Shown: one piece after another, positions 39,511 through 49,403 of the stretch
How positions within the stretch are numbered: position 1 is the stretch's first letter
How the letters are laid out: the number at the start of each line of letters is the position of its first letter
Origin: a virus
Strand: one strand, 5' to 3'
Virus record (IMG/VR): IMGVR_UViG_3300047496_000213
Span: 1-64,000 of that record
DNA length: 64,000 nt
Translations under genes and position numbers: made by a program
Notes under the pieces: generated by a model
Told to the model about the DNA's origin: nothing
The model's input: only the letters and a program-made list of their open reading frames with translations
Database searches by the model: none

Positions 39511-39737
39511 CTATAAGTTGTCAAGAGATTGTATTAGAAAAATGCTCTGTAAATAAGTATGAAGAGTATTTACATTGCGAAAAGCTTTAACTTTTTTGGA
39601 ATCTTGCTTAGTATGATTAGATGAAGCACTTAAAAGTTATATTCAAATCGGGAGAAAAATCTCATTTTGATTAGGATATTAAGCTTGTCAACGTAATTTG
39701 ATTCTTCGGAAGTCATCTCTATTTGGTTTGATGGCAT
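39511..39737 (-). pseudogene. Frameshifted paralogue of 39737..40108
   Basis: EESNYVDKLNILIKM ~ EENQVKNLNLFLKM; other frame AFRNVNTLHTYLQSI ~ HFRTIDKAHSYVQSL. Confidence 0.5.
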
Positions 39738-40108
39738 CAGAACCTTTCTTGTTGTTTGATTAATAAGCTCTGAACGTATGAATGTGCTTTATCTATTGTT
39801 CGGAAATGTCTTGTATTCATCTGAATTTTATATGTTTCTAATTTCCAGTATATATTGTATCTATTCTCAAATCTAATTTTGGCAACGTGAAAGGGCTTTC
39901 TTCCAGGTTCGAATAAGACTTCATAATTTTTGTCAAGATCATACATTTTCAAAAACAGATTCAAATTTTTTACCTGATTTTCCTCACGCTTCGTCATCGC
40001 CGTCTTGGCGTGCGTCTTTACACGTGGAAACTCTGGCTCATCGTCTATTTCTGAGAGATGGATGTCATAAACCGCTTTTTTGTATGAAAGATTAAGGGAC
40101 TTGCTCAT
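39737..40108 (-). CDS. Hypothetical protein
   Basis: ORF in operon. Confidence 0.55.
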   Translation of the reverse strand: MSKSLNLSYKKAVYDIHLSEIDDEPEFPRVKTHAKTAMTKREENQVKNLNLFLKMYDLDKNYEVLFEPGRKPFHVAKIRFENRYNIYWKLETYKIQMNTRHFRTIDKAHSYVQSLLIKQQERF

Positions 40109-40361
40109 TGGTTTGATTTTGATAGAATATGCAAATTCTATTCACATGATCTTCTAATTTAGGTAAATCCTCGTAAGAATATAAAACGAATCTGATCATT
40201 AATTGGTAATGATAGATAAAATCTATTCCAGCAGTTCGTCTACTAACAGACTTTAAAAGTATTCCAGCAGTTCGTCTACTGGTAACAGACTTTAAAAGTA
40301 AACTTTCAGTCAAGTTATGATTATGCAAGTCAAATATAACCGCTTGCACATCATACGACAT
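40092..40361 (-). CDS. Hypothetical protein with internal duplication of about 36 bp
   Basis: LLKSVTSRRTAGI / LLKSVSRRTAGI. Confidence 0.5.
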   Translation of the reverse strand: MSYDVQAVIFDLHNHNLTESLLLKSVTSRRTAGILLKSVSRRTAGIDFIYHYQLMIRFVLYSYEDLPKLEDHVNRICIFYQNQTNEQVP

Positions 40362-40533
40362 TTAACTAATACACTTGCTGGTGAATATAAAGAAAATGGA
40401 CCCCGTAGGCCCCCAAAAATTCTTGTTTCCTTGATCAGCATAAAGCGAACATCGGAAAACTCAGGGACCGGCAAATTTGAAAATCCGCAAGTTTCGTTCC
40501 AGCTACCCATTTTCGTTCTCTTTTCGAATCATG

Positions 40534-41592
40534 TCATTTCACCAACTTGTTAGGGATAACCTCTTGGAAAGTCCAATGCCCAACGCTACCTTTACCATGC
40601 GGAGCGGTTTGAACGTGACCTTTACGGACGAACTTGCCAACTGACGTTCTGAATTTTCCATAAGGAAACTCTTCAGCCAAACGAACGACATAGCCTTCGC
40701 GCGTATGCCAATCTTTTTTGCTATCATACAATTTGCGAATGATAACTTCATCCCAAATTCCATCATACAGCACAGGAACCGGCGTGATCCCTAAAAGATC
40801 AAACCAAACCAGTGTTTCATCCCATGAAAGGCATATATTCTTTTCGTTCCAGATTGAGAAACCCATGAAATAGGTTGTTAGATTGTCGTAGCCAATTGAA
40901 TGCTTGGCAAAGAGATTTTCGCCACACACTCGAAATCCGCCTGGAATATCTCCACAAATCTGACCCCAGAAATTTTTAACCCAAGCACGAGATGGATGAC
41001 TTTTTCCGTCAATTGACCGAGCATGGAAATAATCGGTATAAAGAGACGAATTTTCTCCATCCATTTTTTCTGTTACGATCACGCGCTTACCAACAAAAGT
41101 TTCAACCGATTCCAACTTGCGGTCGTCATCGGTAAGACCTTCACTCCAAGGCAAATGCATAGAACGTGGATATTTGGTGTAGGGGCTGTAAAGATCAAGA
41201 ACGTTACCTTGTTCCAAAACCTTTTGAACGCTTTCATCGAAAAACAGTGGACCCTTCAGCCGCCTCCCATCGGCAAGAACAACGTCTCCCCATTTGGTAT
41301 AAATTTGATCATCGTAAAGATGACTTGGGAGAACAATTTTTGTGATACCAGCGGCGGCGCGAGCCTCTTCAACTGAAATATTCGTTTGTTCACATAAAAT
41401 ATGACAAAGCTCACAGACAGATATTCCAACATTTTCGAAATAACCACCGAATTCGTGTTCTGCCTGAAACAAGCGACGTTCAATCACATGGTGGACGACA
41501 ATATTTTCTATTGATTTACAAAAGACACACTTATACCCATCCCGTTTAAGGCAGGTTTCTCTAAAAACATCTCTGGTCAAAAGCTTGTTCAT
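40534..41592 (-). CDS. ATP-dependent RNA ligase (Rnl2-like) with N-terminal HNH-like Zn domain
   Basis: TKYPR, TEKMDGEN, CGENL, EGYVVR, GKFVR; N-terminal CVFC..HHVIERR..CELCH. Confidence 0.85.
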   Translation of the reverse strand: MNKLLTRDVFRETCLKRDGYKCVFCKSIENIVVHHVIERRLFQAEHEFGGYFENVGISVCELCHILCEQTNISVEEARAAAGITKIVLPSHLYDDQIYTKWGDVVLADGRRLKGPLFFDESVQKVLEQGNVLDLYSPYTKYPRSMHLPWSEGLTDDDRKLESVETFVGKRVIVTEKMDGENSSLYTDYFHARSIDGKSHPSRAWVKNFWGQICGDIPGGFRVCGENLFAKHSIGYDNLTTYFMGFSIWNEKNICLSWDETLVWFDLLGITPVPVLYDGIWDEVIIRKLYDSKKDWHTREGYVVRLAEEFPYGKFRTSVGKFVRKGHVQTAPHGKGSVGHWTFQEVIPNKLVK

Positions 41593-41606
41593 ATTAGCAT
41601 TGTATA

Positions 41607-42767
41607 TTAGTTTTTATTTTCTGCAAGGATTTTTTGGTGCCGTACCAAAATCGTTGCCCATTCAATAAATGTGTTCTCGTCAAAATTCATTTTCATTTTG
41701 TTTATATTTTTATGAATCCATTGAACATTTCCTTCAATATATCCGATTGATGAGTCGATTCTATCTAATGAAGCGGTATATCTGTCTCTACAAGTTTTTC
41801 CAAAATTAAGTTCAACACCACTTAAATTACATAATCGTTTTTGCGCTTCAAATAAATCCCAAGCATATTCTATGGAAATATCAAAATCTAACTTTCTATT
41901 GAGAGCACTAATTTTAGTAAGGTCCCATCTACTACCATAAATCTCTCTATAACCAGTAAATGTTTTTAGTCCGCCCTTGTTAACATTAGCTAATAAGTGT
42001 GGTGATATTCTTGTTTCATAGTCAATATGTTTTATAATAATTTGTGGTTTCTTATAATTAGAGATCAAACTACACCATTCAATAAATGTGTTCTCGTCCA
42101 AATTCATTTTCATTTTGTTTATATTTTTATGAATCCATTGAACATTTCCTTCAATATATCCGATTGATGAGTCGATTCTATCTAAGGACGCTGTTTTAAT
42201 ATCATTATCTCTTATATTAAAAAATAGTTCTTTATTTGTATAAACACATTTTCTGTTTTGTGCTTCAAATAAATTCCAAGCATATTCTATGGAAATATCA
42301 AAATCTATATTTCTCTTTTTTGCTCCAAATATAATTCTACTCCAATCTCCAGCATATATCTCTTTATATCCCTTTTTGGTCCCAACCATAGGAGAATAAA
42401 GCTCTTTGTGAAATAAACAATCTCTTTTACCACAGGTTTTTGTTTCACCATTTTTTAAGGCGTTATAACCAACGTTGAATATGTTCCCACAATTACATTT
42501 TGCCGTAGCCTCCCATCTTCTATACTTTTCATTATATACACATCCCAAAATAAAAGAATGCGGCAAATCTATTTTTATTTCAGGACAATTTCTATTTTTC
42601 AAAAATTTTCGTCTTTGTGATGTATCTATTTCAAGTATTTCTAATGATCTTTTTAAAGTAGTCCATCGAATTTTCATTATCTTACAGATTTCTTGTTGAC
42701 TGCATTCTTTATTATATAAATCTTTAATTTCCTCTAATTCTCTTTCCGATATTTCTCTGACTGGCAT
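41607..42767 (-). CDS. Homing endonuclease with duplicated C-terminal nuclease module
   Basis: AKCNCGN; ASLDRIDSSIGYIEGNVQWIHKNINKMK occurs twice. Confidence 0.8.
   Translation of the reverse strand: MPVREISERELEEIKDLYNKECSQQEICKIMKIRWTTLKRSLEILEIDTSQRRKFLKNRNCPEIKIDLPHSFILGCVYNEKYRRWEATAKCNCGNIFNVGYNALKNGETKTCGKRDCLFHKELYSPMVGTKKGYKEIYAGDWSRIIFGAKKRNIDFDISIEYAWNLFEAQNRKCVYTNKELFFNIRDNDIKTASLDRIDSSIGYIEGNVQWIHKNINKMKMNLDENTFIEWCSLISNYKKPQIIIKHIDYETRISPHLLANVNKGGLKTFTGYREIYGSRWDLTKISALNRKLDFDISIEYAWDLFEAQKRLCNLSGVELNFGKTCRDRYTASLDRIDSSIGYIEGNVQWIHKNINKMKMNFDENTFIEWATILVRHQKILAENKN
41658..42185. repeat. Two 111-bp near-identical direct repeats (41658-41768 and 42075-42185)
   Basis: One mismatch on visual alignment. 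Confidence 0.85.
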
Positions 42768-42902
42768 ACGTATTCCTTTCCTTAAAAGGTTATTTATCTA
42801 AAATGACAAAAATGTTTGCAACTACTATCATCTGGTTTTAATGTAAAAAATTTCTGCATATAAATACTTTGTGGATGATCCACTGTTCAGGCAAGAAAAC
42901 TA

Positions 42903-43142
42903 ATGGAGATAATTGATTTCCCAGGTTCGGCACCAAAAGCAATCCAGATTTCGGATCATAAACTATCTGTCGGTCCTTTAAAATTTTCTTGTGATTGTGG
43001 TAGCGTTGCTCACCTAAGTTTTTCTGGGACAATAATTTATCGGTATATAGATTTTTATTGCTCTTCATGTGGAACAAACTATAAAATTACAAATCCAGCG
43101 TTTAAGAGACCGGAGCCCACACGCCCCGGTAAGGCTAAATAA
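42903..43142 (+). CDS. Small Zn-ribbon protein
   Basis: CDCG...CSSCG; TATAAATA upstream. Confidence 0.65.
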   Translation: MEIIDFPGSAPKAIQISDHKLSVGPLKFSCDCGSVAHLSFSGTIIYRYIDFYCSSCGTNYKITNPAFKRPEPTRPGKAK

Positions 43143-43170
43143 TATAAAGTAATACAGGAAAAAATGTATA

Positions 43171-43524
43171 ATGTTTGATGTGCCAGGGTTTAATACATCG
43201 TCTATGACAGATGATGAATTGATGACTAAGCAACTTCTTTTAAGTCAAAGATTAGTTGTAGCAAATAGATTTGGCTCTGGTGATATGATTATGCAATTAT
43301 CAAACCTAATTCAATCTGTTGAAGCAGAACGCAGAGATCGTATGCTTCACAATATATTTAAATATCAACAAAAAATATTTCCGGAAATTATTGAAACTGA
43401 ACCTGATCTTGTTGTGGTTCCTGTAGATACCGACGAGGAATCTCATAAAAAGATGATTCAACGAAAGCGAATTGTAAAAGAACGAATTGTTAAAAGTTCT
43501 ATGCCTACTAGAAACGAAGGATAA
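43171..43524 (+). CDS. Hypothetical jumbo-phage protein
   Basis: ORF; SD AGGA. Confidence 0.65.
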   Translation: MFDVPGFNTSSMTDDELMTKQLLLSQRLVVANRFGSGDMIMQLSNLIQSVEAERRDRMLHNIFKYQQKIFPEIIETEPDLVVVPVDTDEESHKKMIQRKRIVKERIVKSSMPTRNEG

Positions 43525-43529
43525 TCCCT

Positions 43530-44207
43530 ATGATAGATGATGAAGATGACGATGATTCTGAAATTTTTTCCCATTTTGTTTTTTCGGTTAAATTGATAAG
43601 AATGATAGACAACATGTTATTTCCCTCCAAAATTAGATTTAAAATGGAAATAATCCCAATGGGCACTGATGATATTGACAAAATATTTAACAAAATGAAA
43701 TTTTGGATCGATAAAGTAGCTAATAATAGTATTGTATTTTCTAATATAAATGCTAACGCTATAGAAATGTTCATAAATCAAACAGCATCTAAACCTCGTA
43801 TAAACAATTCAATAATTTTAACACCCGAAGAACCTAATGATCAGCATTTGGCCGTTATTTTTCAAGCAAAGATGCAAGCATTGGCTGGTCAAAATTTAAT
43901 TTTTGGACCAGTAGAAATTCGTTCAGATAATCAGTTAGGGCTAGAATTTACATTTGTGGGCAATGCGAATCATGTTTTGCCGACAATGGATAAATGGGTC
44001 GGGGAACGTAGCTATTTTGCAGAGCCATGGTGGAATAGGGATGATGGTTCATCCTTAGATGTATTACCAACGCCTGATGCCGATTTAAATGACAAACCAT
44101 CTTTCGCATTTAATTTTGATTTCCTAGACAAAAAGTCTATACCCTTCAAGGATGTAGTCGTGCGTCCGGTTTTCAAACCGGTGGTCATCGATGGAGGCAA
44201 GGCTTGA
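43530..44207 (+). CDS. Hypothetical jumbo-phage protein
   Basis: PEEPNDQ and PWWNRDD motifs; precedes the DnaE fragment. Confidence 0.7.
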   Translation: MIDDEDDDDSEIFSHFVFSVKLIRMIDNMLFPSKIRFKMEIIPMGTDDIDKIFNKMKFWIDKVANNSIVFSNINANAIEMFINQTASKPRINNSIILTPEEPNDQHLAVIFQAKMQALAGQNLIFGPVEIRSDNQLGLEFTFVGNANHVLPTMDKWVGERSYFAEPWWNRDDGSSLDVLPTPDADLNDKPSFAFNFDFLDKKSIPFKDVVVRPVFKPVVIDGGKA

Positions 44208-44731
44208 CATTACGTCATGTTGATCAATGGGGGCGGACCAGTTTTGACCCAAATACTATTATCGATCTTCTGTTTAAAGGCGTTGATATATCGTCAGTGT
44301 TAGCTATAGATGATCCTCTAATCACTGAATACAATAAATGGTGTGAATATTTCGATAAAAAAGATTATTTGATTGAAAAACCAGCCATAATCGATAGGAC
44401 ACCAGAAGAAGAACATGAGTTACGATCTTCTCAATGGAATATTGATGATGATATCAAACAAATCGACGTGCGGAAATTTCTTTTGTCCGAGTTTTGTAAA
44501 ACTCAAGAGCAAATAGATCGCGTAAACCTAGAAATGGATTTGTATGAAGAAAGGGAACTTATCCCATTACTTCAGTTAATGATGTTTTTGGTAGATCGTT
44601 TTCGCCAAAATAACGTAATTTGGGGAGTTGGTAGAGGGTCGAGTGTAGCTTCCTATGTTCTTTTTCTTATACGTGTTCACCATATAGATAGTCTCAAATA
44701 TAAATTGGATGTTCTTGACTTTTTGAAATAA
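44204..44731 (+). CDS. Stand-alone DNA polymerase III alpha-subunit-like fragment
   Basis: RVNLEM...WGVGRGSSVASYVLFLIRVHHIDSLKYKL. Confidence 0.8.
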   Translation: MTLRHVDQWGRTSFDPNTIIDLLFKGVDISSVLAIDDPLITEYNKWCEYFDKKDYLIEKPAIIDRTPEEEHELRSSQWNIDDDIKQIDVRKFLLSEFCKTQEQIDRVNLEMDLYEERELIPLLQLMMFLVDRFRQNNVIWGVGRGSSVASYVLFLIRVHHIDSLKYKLDVLDFLK

Positions 44732-44738
44732 ATAATTG

Positions 44739-45425
44739 ATGCGCGAGTTTATTGATATTGTTGAAAGCCTGAATGAAGACTTTGAAGTCAATCATCCTCT
44801 GATTGCTTATCATGCTACTCATGAGCCACAAGGCTTAATTCTAAAAAACCGAATGGTCAGAAGTATGGATAGCATGGGAACATGGCTTTGTTCCAGTAAA
44901 GAAATGGTAACATATACTTTTGGTCCAAATGTCGAAGCCTATGAGCTTCCTCACGGAAGATATTTACATGCTAGACAAAACCAATCCATAGAAGTTCTTC
45001 TTACTTGTCTACCTATAATCGAAAAAGTATTTGGTAAAGAGGTATCCGATCATTTGATGCAATATCCTTTTACGCCAGAAAACAGAAAATTCTTTTATCA
45101 AACAAATCGACGCGCAAGAGAATACGAAAAAATGGCTAAAAAAAAATCAGGAGTATTGAGTTATAGCCATAAAGAATATTTGAAATATAAATATCCAGAT
45201 CAGTTTATAAGATGGAAAAATCTTGAAAAGACCTATCAGTATAATAGCGAAATAGCACGTTCTAAAGAATATTGTTCAGCATTTAGAGCTTTTATTTCTC
45301 AACATTATAAAGGAATTGCATGGATTGGGAATGTTGGTTGGGATAGTTGGCCAAAAGCAGTCAATATATATTTGGTATTTCATGATGAAGACTTGACACC
45401 AATTATTCAAGAACCAATAAAATAA
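44739..45425 (+). CDS. ADP-ribosyltransferase-like protein, putative virion internal protein
   Basis: MREFIDIVESLNED, AYHAT, MGTWLCS, YKGI, IYLVF; ATAAATA 4 nt upstream. Confidence 0.55.
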   Translation: MREFIDIVESLNEDFEVNHPLIAYHATHEPQGLILKNRMVRSMDSMGTWLCSSKEMVTYTFGPNVEAYELPHGRYLHARQNQSIEVLLTCLPIIEKVFGKEVSDHLMQYPFTPENRKFFYQTNRRAREYEKMAKKKSGVLSYSHKEYLKYKYPDQFIRWKNLEKTYQYNSEIARSKEYCSAFRAFISQHYKGIAWIGNVGWDSWPKAVNIYLVFHDEDLTPIIQEPIK

Positions 45426-45952
45426 TGCGCCAGTTTATGAAAATCGTTGAAAGTAATGTAAATCTTGAAACAGTCGCTCGAATGTTAAACAAAGATTTAG
45501 AAGGCGGCGGTTATGATGTGGTAATGCAATACATTCGAATGGATAATGATCGTGATCCATATGATGATACTGAAATACCAGACGAAGACGCGTTAGTTGC
45601 AGCGTGGTGTGAAGAAAAAGTCGCACAAGAATATCGTAATTTGCAATGGATGTTTCAGCAAAATGGAGGCAAGTTGAAGGTTTGGCGAGAGATTACTGCG
45701 CCGGAAGATTGGAAAATTGATTCGAGACATCCTGGAATATTTTGGTCTTGGGACAAAGCAGCGGCAGAAGCCCATTGGGGTGATTTTGGTAATAATCATG
45801 TAAGATGGCTCATTGAAGCTATCGTTGCGGTTAATGATGTAGATTGGCCACATACAATTGTTCAGAATGCTAATCCAGATTATTCAGATGAATGTGAAAT
45901 TCGATTAATTCCTAATAGACCAATTAATATTATTTCATATTGGCAAGACTAA
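45425..45952 (+). CDS. ADP-ribosyltransferase-like protein, putative virion internal protein
   Basis: MRQFMKIVES, VWREI, GIFWSWD, DECEIRL. Confidence 0.6.
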   Translation: MRQFMKIVESNVNLETVARMLNKDLEGGGYDVVMQYIRMDNDRDPYDDTEIPDEDALVAAWCEEKVAQEYRNLQWMFQQNGGKLKVWREITAPEDWKIDSRHPGIFWSWDKAAAEAHWGDFGNNHVRWLIEAIVAVNDVDWPHTIVQNANPDYSDECEIRLIPNRPINIISYWQD

Positions 45953-46041
45953 ATCACGAAGATAGTAAAAACACGGCGAAAAAATTGGATTACTTGAAGT
46001 GGAAGATAAATAACATTGGATATAAAGTTCAGGAGAACACA

Positions 46042-46374
46042 ATGATAGTAAAGACAATGCGGGGTAAGACTCTGGATATGGGGCGTTTAATTGCTCAAAA
46101 CGATACTGCTATTGCCCTTGGAAATGCTAACATGAATGCTCGGGGCGATATCATAGACAGAAAAGGGCAAGTTGTTAGGAAACGCGAAGATACGGCCCAT
46201 GAATATTTTAAGGGAAATCCAAACTCAGTTAAACAGGTTGCTCTTCGTGATATTTCATCGGAAGTTTTCGTGACGCCCGCACAAGCTGCTGCCAATTTAC
46301 AAGCTCAACAAAATGTAACTTCCGTGGTACTATCCCCGCCGAAGAAAAGAAAAATAGAGGATAGAGAACTATAA
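46042..46374 (+). CDS. Hypothetical jumbo-phage protein
   Basis: KTMRGKTLDMGRL...ALGNANMNARGD; SD AGGAG. Confidence 0.75.
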   Translation: MIVKTMRGKTLDMGRLIAQNDTAIALGNANMNARGDIIDRKGQVVRKREDTAHEYFKGNPNSVKQVALRDISSEVFVTPAQAAANLQAQQNVTSVVLSPPKKRKIEDREL

Positions 46375-46397
46375 ACAAGAATTAAGGAGATTTCTAA

Positions 46398-46712
46398 ATG
46401 AATTTAACATCTATTCTAAGTTGGTTGGAGACAAGGCTTGCAGAACGATCCACTTGGGTCGGCCTTATTACGCTTGCGGCTTCTTTTGGCGTATCAATCA
46501 GTCCTGCTAATGCTCAACTGATCGAAGTTGTTGGTGCTGCTATTGCTGGTGGTATCATGGTATTTTCCAAAGACAAAAATATTGACGCTGCTATCGCGGC
46601 TGCTTTAGAAGAATTTGCAAAAAACTTAACGGATTCTTCTTCACCTTCGAAAAATTCTGTAATTACTGCACCTGCCGTTGAAGCTGCCGTTGCCAAAACG
46701 AATGCTAAGTAA
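46398..46712 (+). CDS. Holin-like small membrane protein
   Basis: RLAERSTWVGL followed by two TM helices. Confidence 0.55.
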   Translation: MNLTSILSWLETRLAERSTWVGLITLAASFGVSISPANAQLIEVVGAAIAGGIMVFSKDKNIDAAIAAALEEFAKNLTDSSSPSKNSVITAPAVEAAVAKTNAK

Positions 46713-46715
46713 AAG

Positions 46716-46748
46716 AAAAAGGATCGGTTCTCCGGTCCTTTTTTTTTG
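46716..46748 (+). terminator. Rho-independent terminator
   Basis: aaaaaggatcgg-ttct-ccggtcc followed by a long T run. Confidence 0.8.
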
Positions 46749-46804
46749 ACATTTTGATCCCCCGCCATGTAAGATACGGAATAATAAGTTTTTAGGTATA
46801 AATT

Positions 46805-47179
46805 ATGGCGTTGACTTCGATTAAAGGTAATTTTACACCAATCGGTGATAAAGTTCTTGTTTCTAATCTTGAACATGGCGATACAGTCACGAAAGCTGGT
46901 ATCATTATTACTGATGACAATCTTACTAATAGAGGTATCCGTTCCAGATGGGGCAAAGTATGGGCGATTGGTCCAAAGGTTAAAGATATTGCAGTTGGCC
47001 AATGGATTCTTATAGAACATGGTCGATGGACTCAAAAAATTAAAATTGAGACTGCTGAAGAAAACGTAGACGTTTGGAGCGTTGAATATCCTAAAAGTGT
47101 TTTGGCTGTCAGTGATGAAAAACCAGACTCTACCGCCACTTCCATTCCGGGTTTAGAATTCCAAACTCGTAAACGATAA
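46805..47179 (+). CDS. groES: Co-chaperonin GroES-like protein
   Basis: PIGDKVLV...TKAGIII...GKVWAIGP. Confidence 0.85.
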   Translation: MALTSIKGNFTPIGDKVLVSNLEHGDTVTKAGIIITDDNLTNRGIRSRWGKVWAIGPKVKDIAVGQWILIEHGRWTQKIKIETAEENVDVWSVEYPKSVLAVSDEKPDSTATSIPGLEFQTRKR

Positions 47180-47337
47180 TGTTGCTTTATTTATTGCCTT
47201 ATCGAGTGGTTTCTTTCTATGGAGAACCTACGAGCGAAATGGGAATACGCTCCAAGCGAAACTAATTGCTAACGGCTCCCAAGAGCACAATAACTGACTT
47301 AACGTGCTCTTGAGAGCACATCACATTAGGAAAATAT

Positions 47338-49398
47338 ATGACCGTTGAGTTATGGTACGAAAAATATCGTCCTAAAACAATTGATGAATATGTATGGAAA
47401 GACCTCAACCAAAAACACAAAGTTGAAGAATGGATTGCTGCTGGAGCTACCCCGCATGTTCTATTTTCTGGTAGTACCGGAACCGGAAAAGCCCAACCTT
47501 TAAGCAGTAAAGTTCTTACACCTAAAGGATGGGTATTGATGCAAGATTTACAATTAGGAGATATTGTAGTAACTCCTTCTGGTAGAAACGCACCAATTAT
47601 AGGTATTTTTCCACAAGGGTTAAAAACGGTTTACCAAATAGTTTTTGATGATGGTAAAACGACGCAAGCATGTGCGGAGCACTTGTGGGAAGTAAAACAT
47701 AGTGATTGGAGAAAAAAATCAAAAAACGAAAACTATGGTATTAGAGTATTACCTACAGATAGTTTAGAAGACAAACTACAAAAATTAAGTTTAATAAAAA
47801 CTAATCACCGTTTAGGTATTAGATTATGTGAACCTGTTGATTTTAGTACGGAAAACAATCTTCCTATTCATCCATATGTATTAGGTTGTCTACTTGGTGA
47901 CGGTTGTTTAACCGAAGAAGGTTCTATAAGAATTTCAAGTGCAGATGAAGAATTATTAACTAAATTTGAAAGTCTGCTTCCAGAAGGATTGAGATTAAGC
48001 CAATGTGGGCAATATGATTATCGTATAATCGGCAAAAATGGTTTTAATTTTCTCCGGAAAAACAAGAAAGGTATTTTTTGCAATCCGTTAAAAATAGCAT
48101 TGAACGATTTAGGGCTTATTGGTACATATTCTCATACCAAATTCATTCCAGAAGGGTATAAATATGCACCACTTAATGCCCGAAAAGAGCTACTTATGGG
48201 CTTAATGGATACTGATGGTACGGTTTGTTCTGACAATTCTATAACTCATAGAGGCGGCGGCGCACTGTCGTATTGTTCAGTCAGCCAAACATTGAGTAAA
48301 GATGTTCAAGAATTGGTTTGGTCTCTTGGCGGAATCGCTAAAATCACTATCAAAACACCAAGTTATACATATAAAAAAGAAAAAAAACTTGGGCGTCTAG
48401 CGTATTCGGTTAATATTAGAATGAAAAATCCAGAACAAGTCTTTTCGCTATCGAGAAAAATAAAGAAATGTCCCGAAAAATATCAATATAAAGGATCGAT
48501 TTGTAATAATATTAAAAGCATTACGGCTCTTGATGAAAAAGTGGAAATGCAGTGTATAATGATAGATGATCCAGAACATTTATATATTACAGATGACTAT
48601 ATTCCCACTCATAATACGGCATTGGCCGAACTTTTAATGAAGGAACTTGGTATTCCTAAAGGCGATATTCTTAAAAAGAATGCTAGTAAAGAACGTCGTA
48701 TTGATGATTTACAAAATTCAATAGTAAATTTTGCTTCTACTTGGGCTTTAAATGATACAGGTTTTAAATATGTAATTTTGGATGAAGCCGATACTCTTTC
48801 TCCACTTTCACAGAAATTTCTCCGTGGGGAAATGGATAAATTTGAAGCAAGTTGTAGGTTTATTTTTACTTGCAATTATCCAAAAGATATTACCGATCCT
48901 ATTCTTGGTCGGGTTCAAGAAATGAAGTTTCATGCTCTAGATCGTAATGAATGTATTGTTCGGGCTGGAGAAATTCTTACTGTAGAAAATGTAGAATTTG
49001 ATATAGAAGATTTAATGAAGTATGTTGAGATAACTTATCCAAATCTTCGAAAATGTATTGGGCTTCTTCAGCAAAATACCGTTAGAGGAAAACTCAATCC
49101 ACCCCCACCCCCAGAAGAAATAACTACGAATAAAGATTATCTTCTAGAAGCTATTGTATGTTTTCGCCAAAACAAAATTTTAGAAGGACGGAAACTTATA
49201 ATAGAAAAAGCTAAATTTGAAGAATATCCAGACATCTATAGGTATTTCTATAAAAATTTAGATTTATGGGGCGATCAAAAACTACAAGATGAAGCTCTAT
49301 TAATTATTAGTAGAGGGTTGATAGATCATAGCATTTGTGCCGATAGCGAAATAAATTTGAGTGCAACGTTATGTCGTTTAGGTAGATTATTAAGGTAA
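47338..49398 (+). CDS. RFC-type clamp-loader subunit containing an intein
   Basis: WYEKYRPKT, GSTGTGK|T Walker A, VILDEADTL, CRFIFTCNY. Confidence 0.92.
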   Translation: MTVELWYEKYRPKTIDEYVWKDLNQKHKVEEWIAAGATPHVLFSGSTGTGKAQPLSSKVLTPKGWVLMQDLQLGDIVVTPSGRNAPIIGIFPQGLKTVYQIVFDDGKTTQACAEHLWEVKHSDWRKKSKNENYGIRVLPTDSLEDKLQKLSLIKTNHRLGIRLCEPVDFSTENNLPIHPYVLGCLLGDGCLTEEGSIRISSADEELLTKFESLLPEGLRLSQCGQYDYRIIGKNGFNFLRKNKKGIFCNPLKIALNDLGLIGTYSHTKFIPEGYKYAPLNARKELLMGLMDTDGTVCSDNSITHRGGGALSYCSVSQTLSKDVQELVWSLGGIAKITIKTPSYTYKKEKKLGRLAYSVNIRMKNPEQVFSLSRKIKKCPEKYQYKGSICNNIKSITALDEKVEMQCIMIDDPEHLYITDDYIPTHNTALAELLMKELGIPKGDILKKNASKERRIDDLQNSIVNFASTWALNDTGFKYVILDEADTLSPLSQKFLRGEMDKFEASCRFIFTCNYPKDITDPILGRVQEMKFHALDRNECIVRAGEILTVENVEFDIEDLMKYVEITYPNLRKCIGLLQQNTVRGKLNPPPPPEEITTNKDYLLEAIVCFRQNKILEGRKLIIEKAKFEEYPDIYRYFYKNLDLWGDQKLQDEALLIISRGLIDHSICADSEINLSATLCRLGRLLR
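47491..48615 (+). mobile_element. Class-3-type intein (375 aa) with LAGLIDADG endonuclease
   Basis: Starts AQPL and ends THN/T; W (HLW), C (MQCI), T (THN) triad; LGCLLGDG and LMGLMDTDG. Confidence 0.88.
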
Positions 49399-49403
49399 TT
49401 ATT

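Noticed and set aside
41658-42185. Diversity-generating retroelement TR/VR pair
   Set aside because: Only one mismatch, both copies lie in frame within one gene, and no reverse transcriptase is in the window.
44204-44731. Pseudogenised bacterial dnaE
   Set aside because: It is a clean ORF coupled within a phage operon and matches the short stand-alone DnaE-like gene I recognise from this jumbo-phage group.
47276-47319. IS200/IS605-type end hairpin upstream of the clamp loader
   Set aside because: There is no transposase or TnpB nearby; a terminator or translational operator is more likely.
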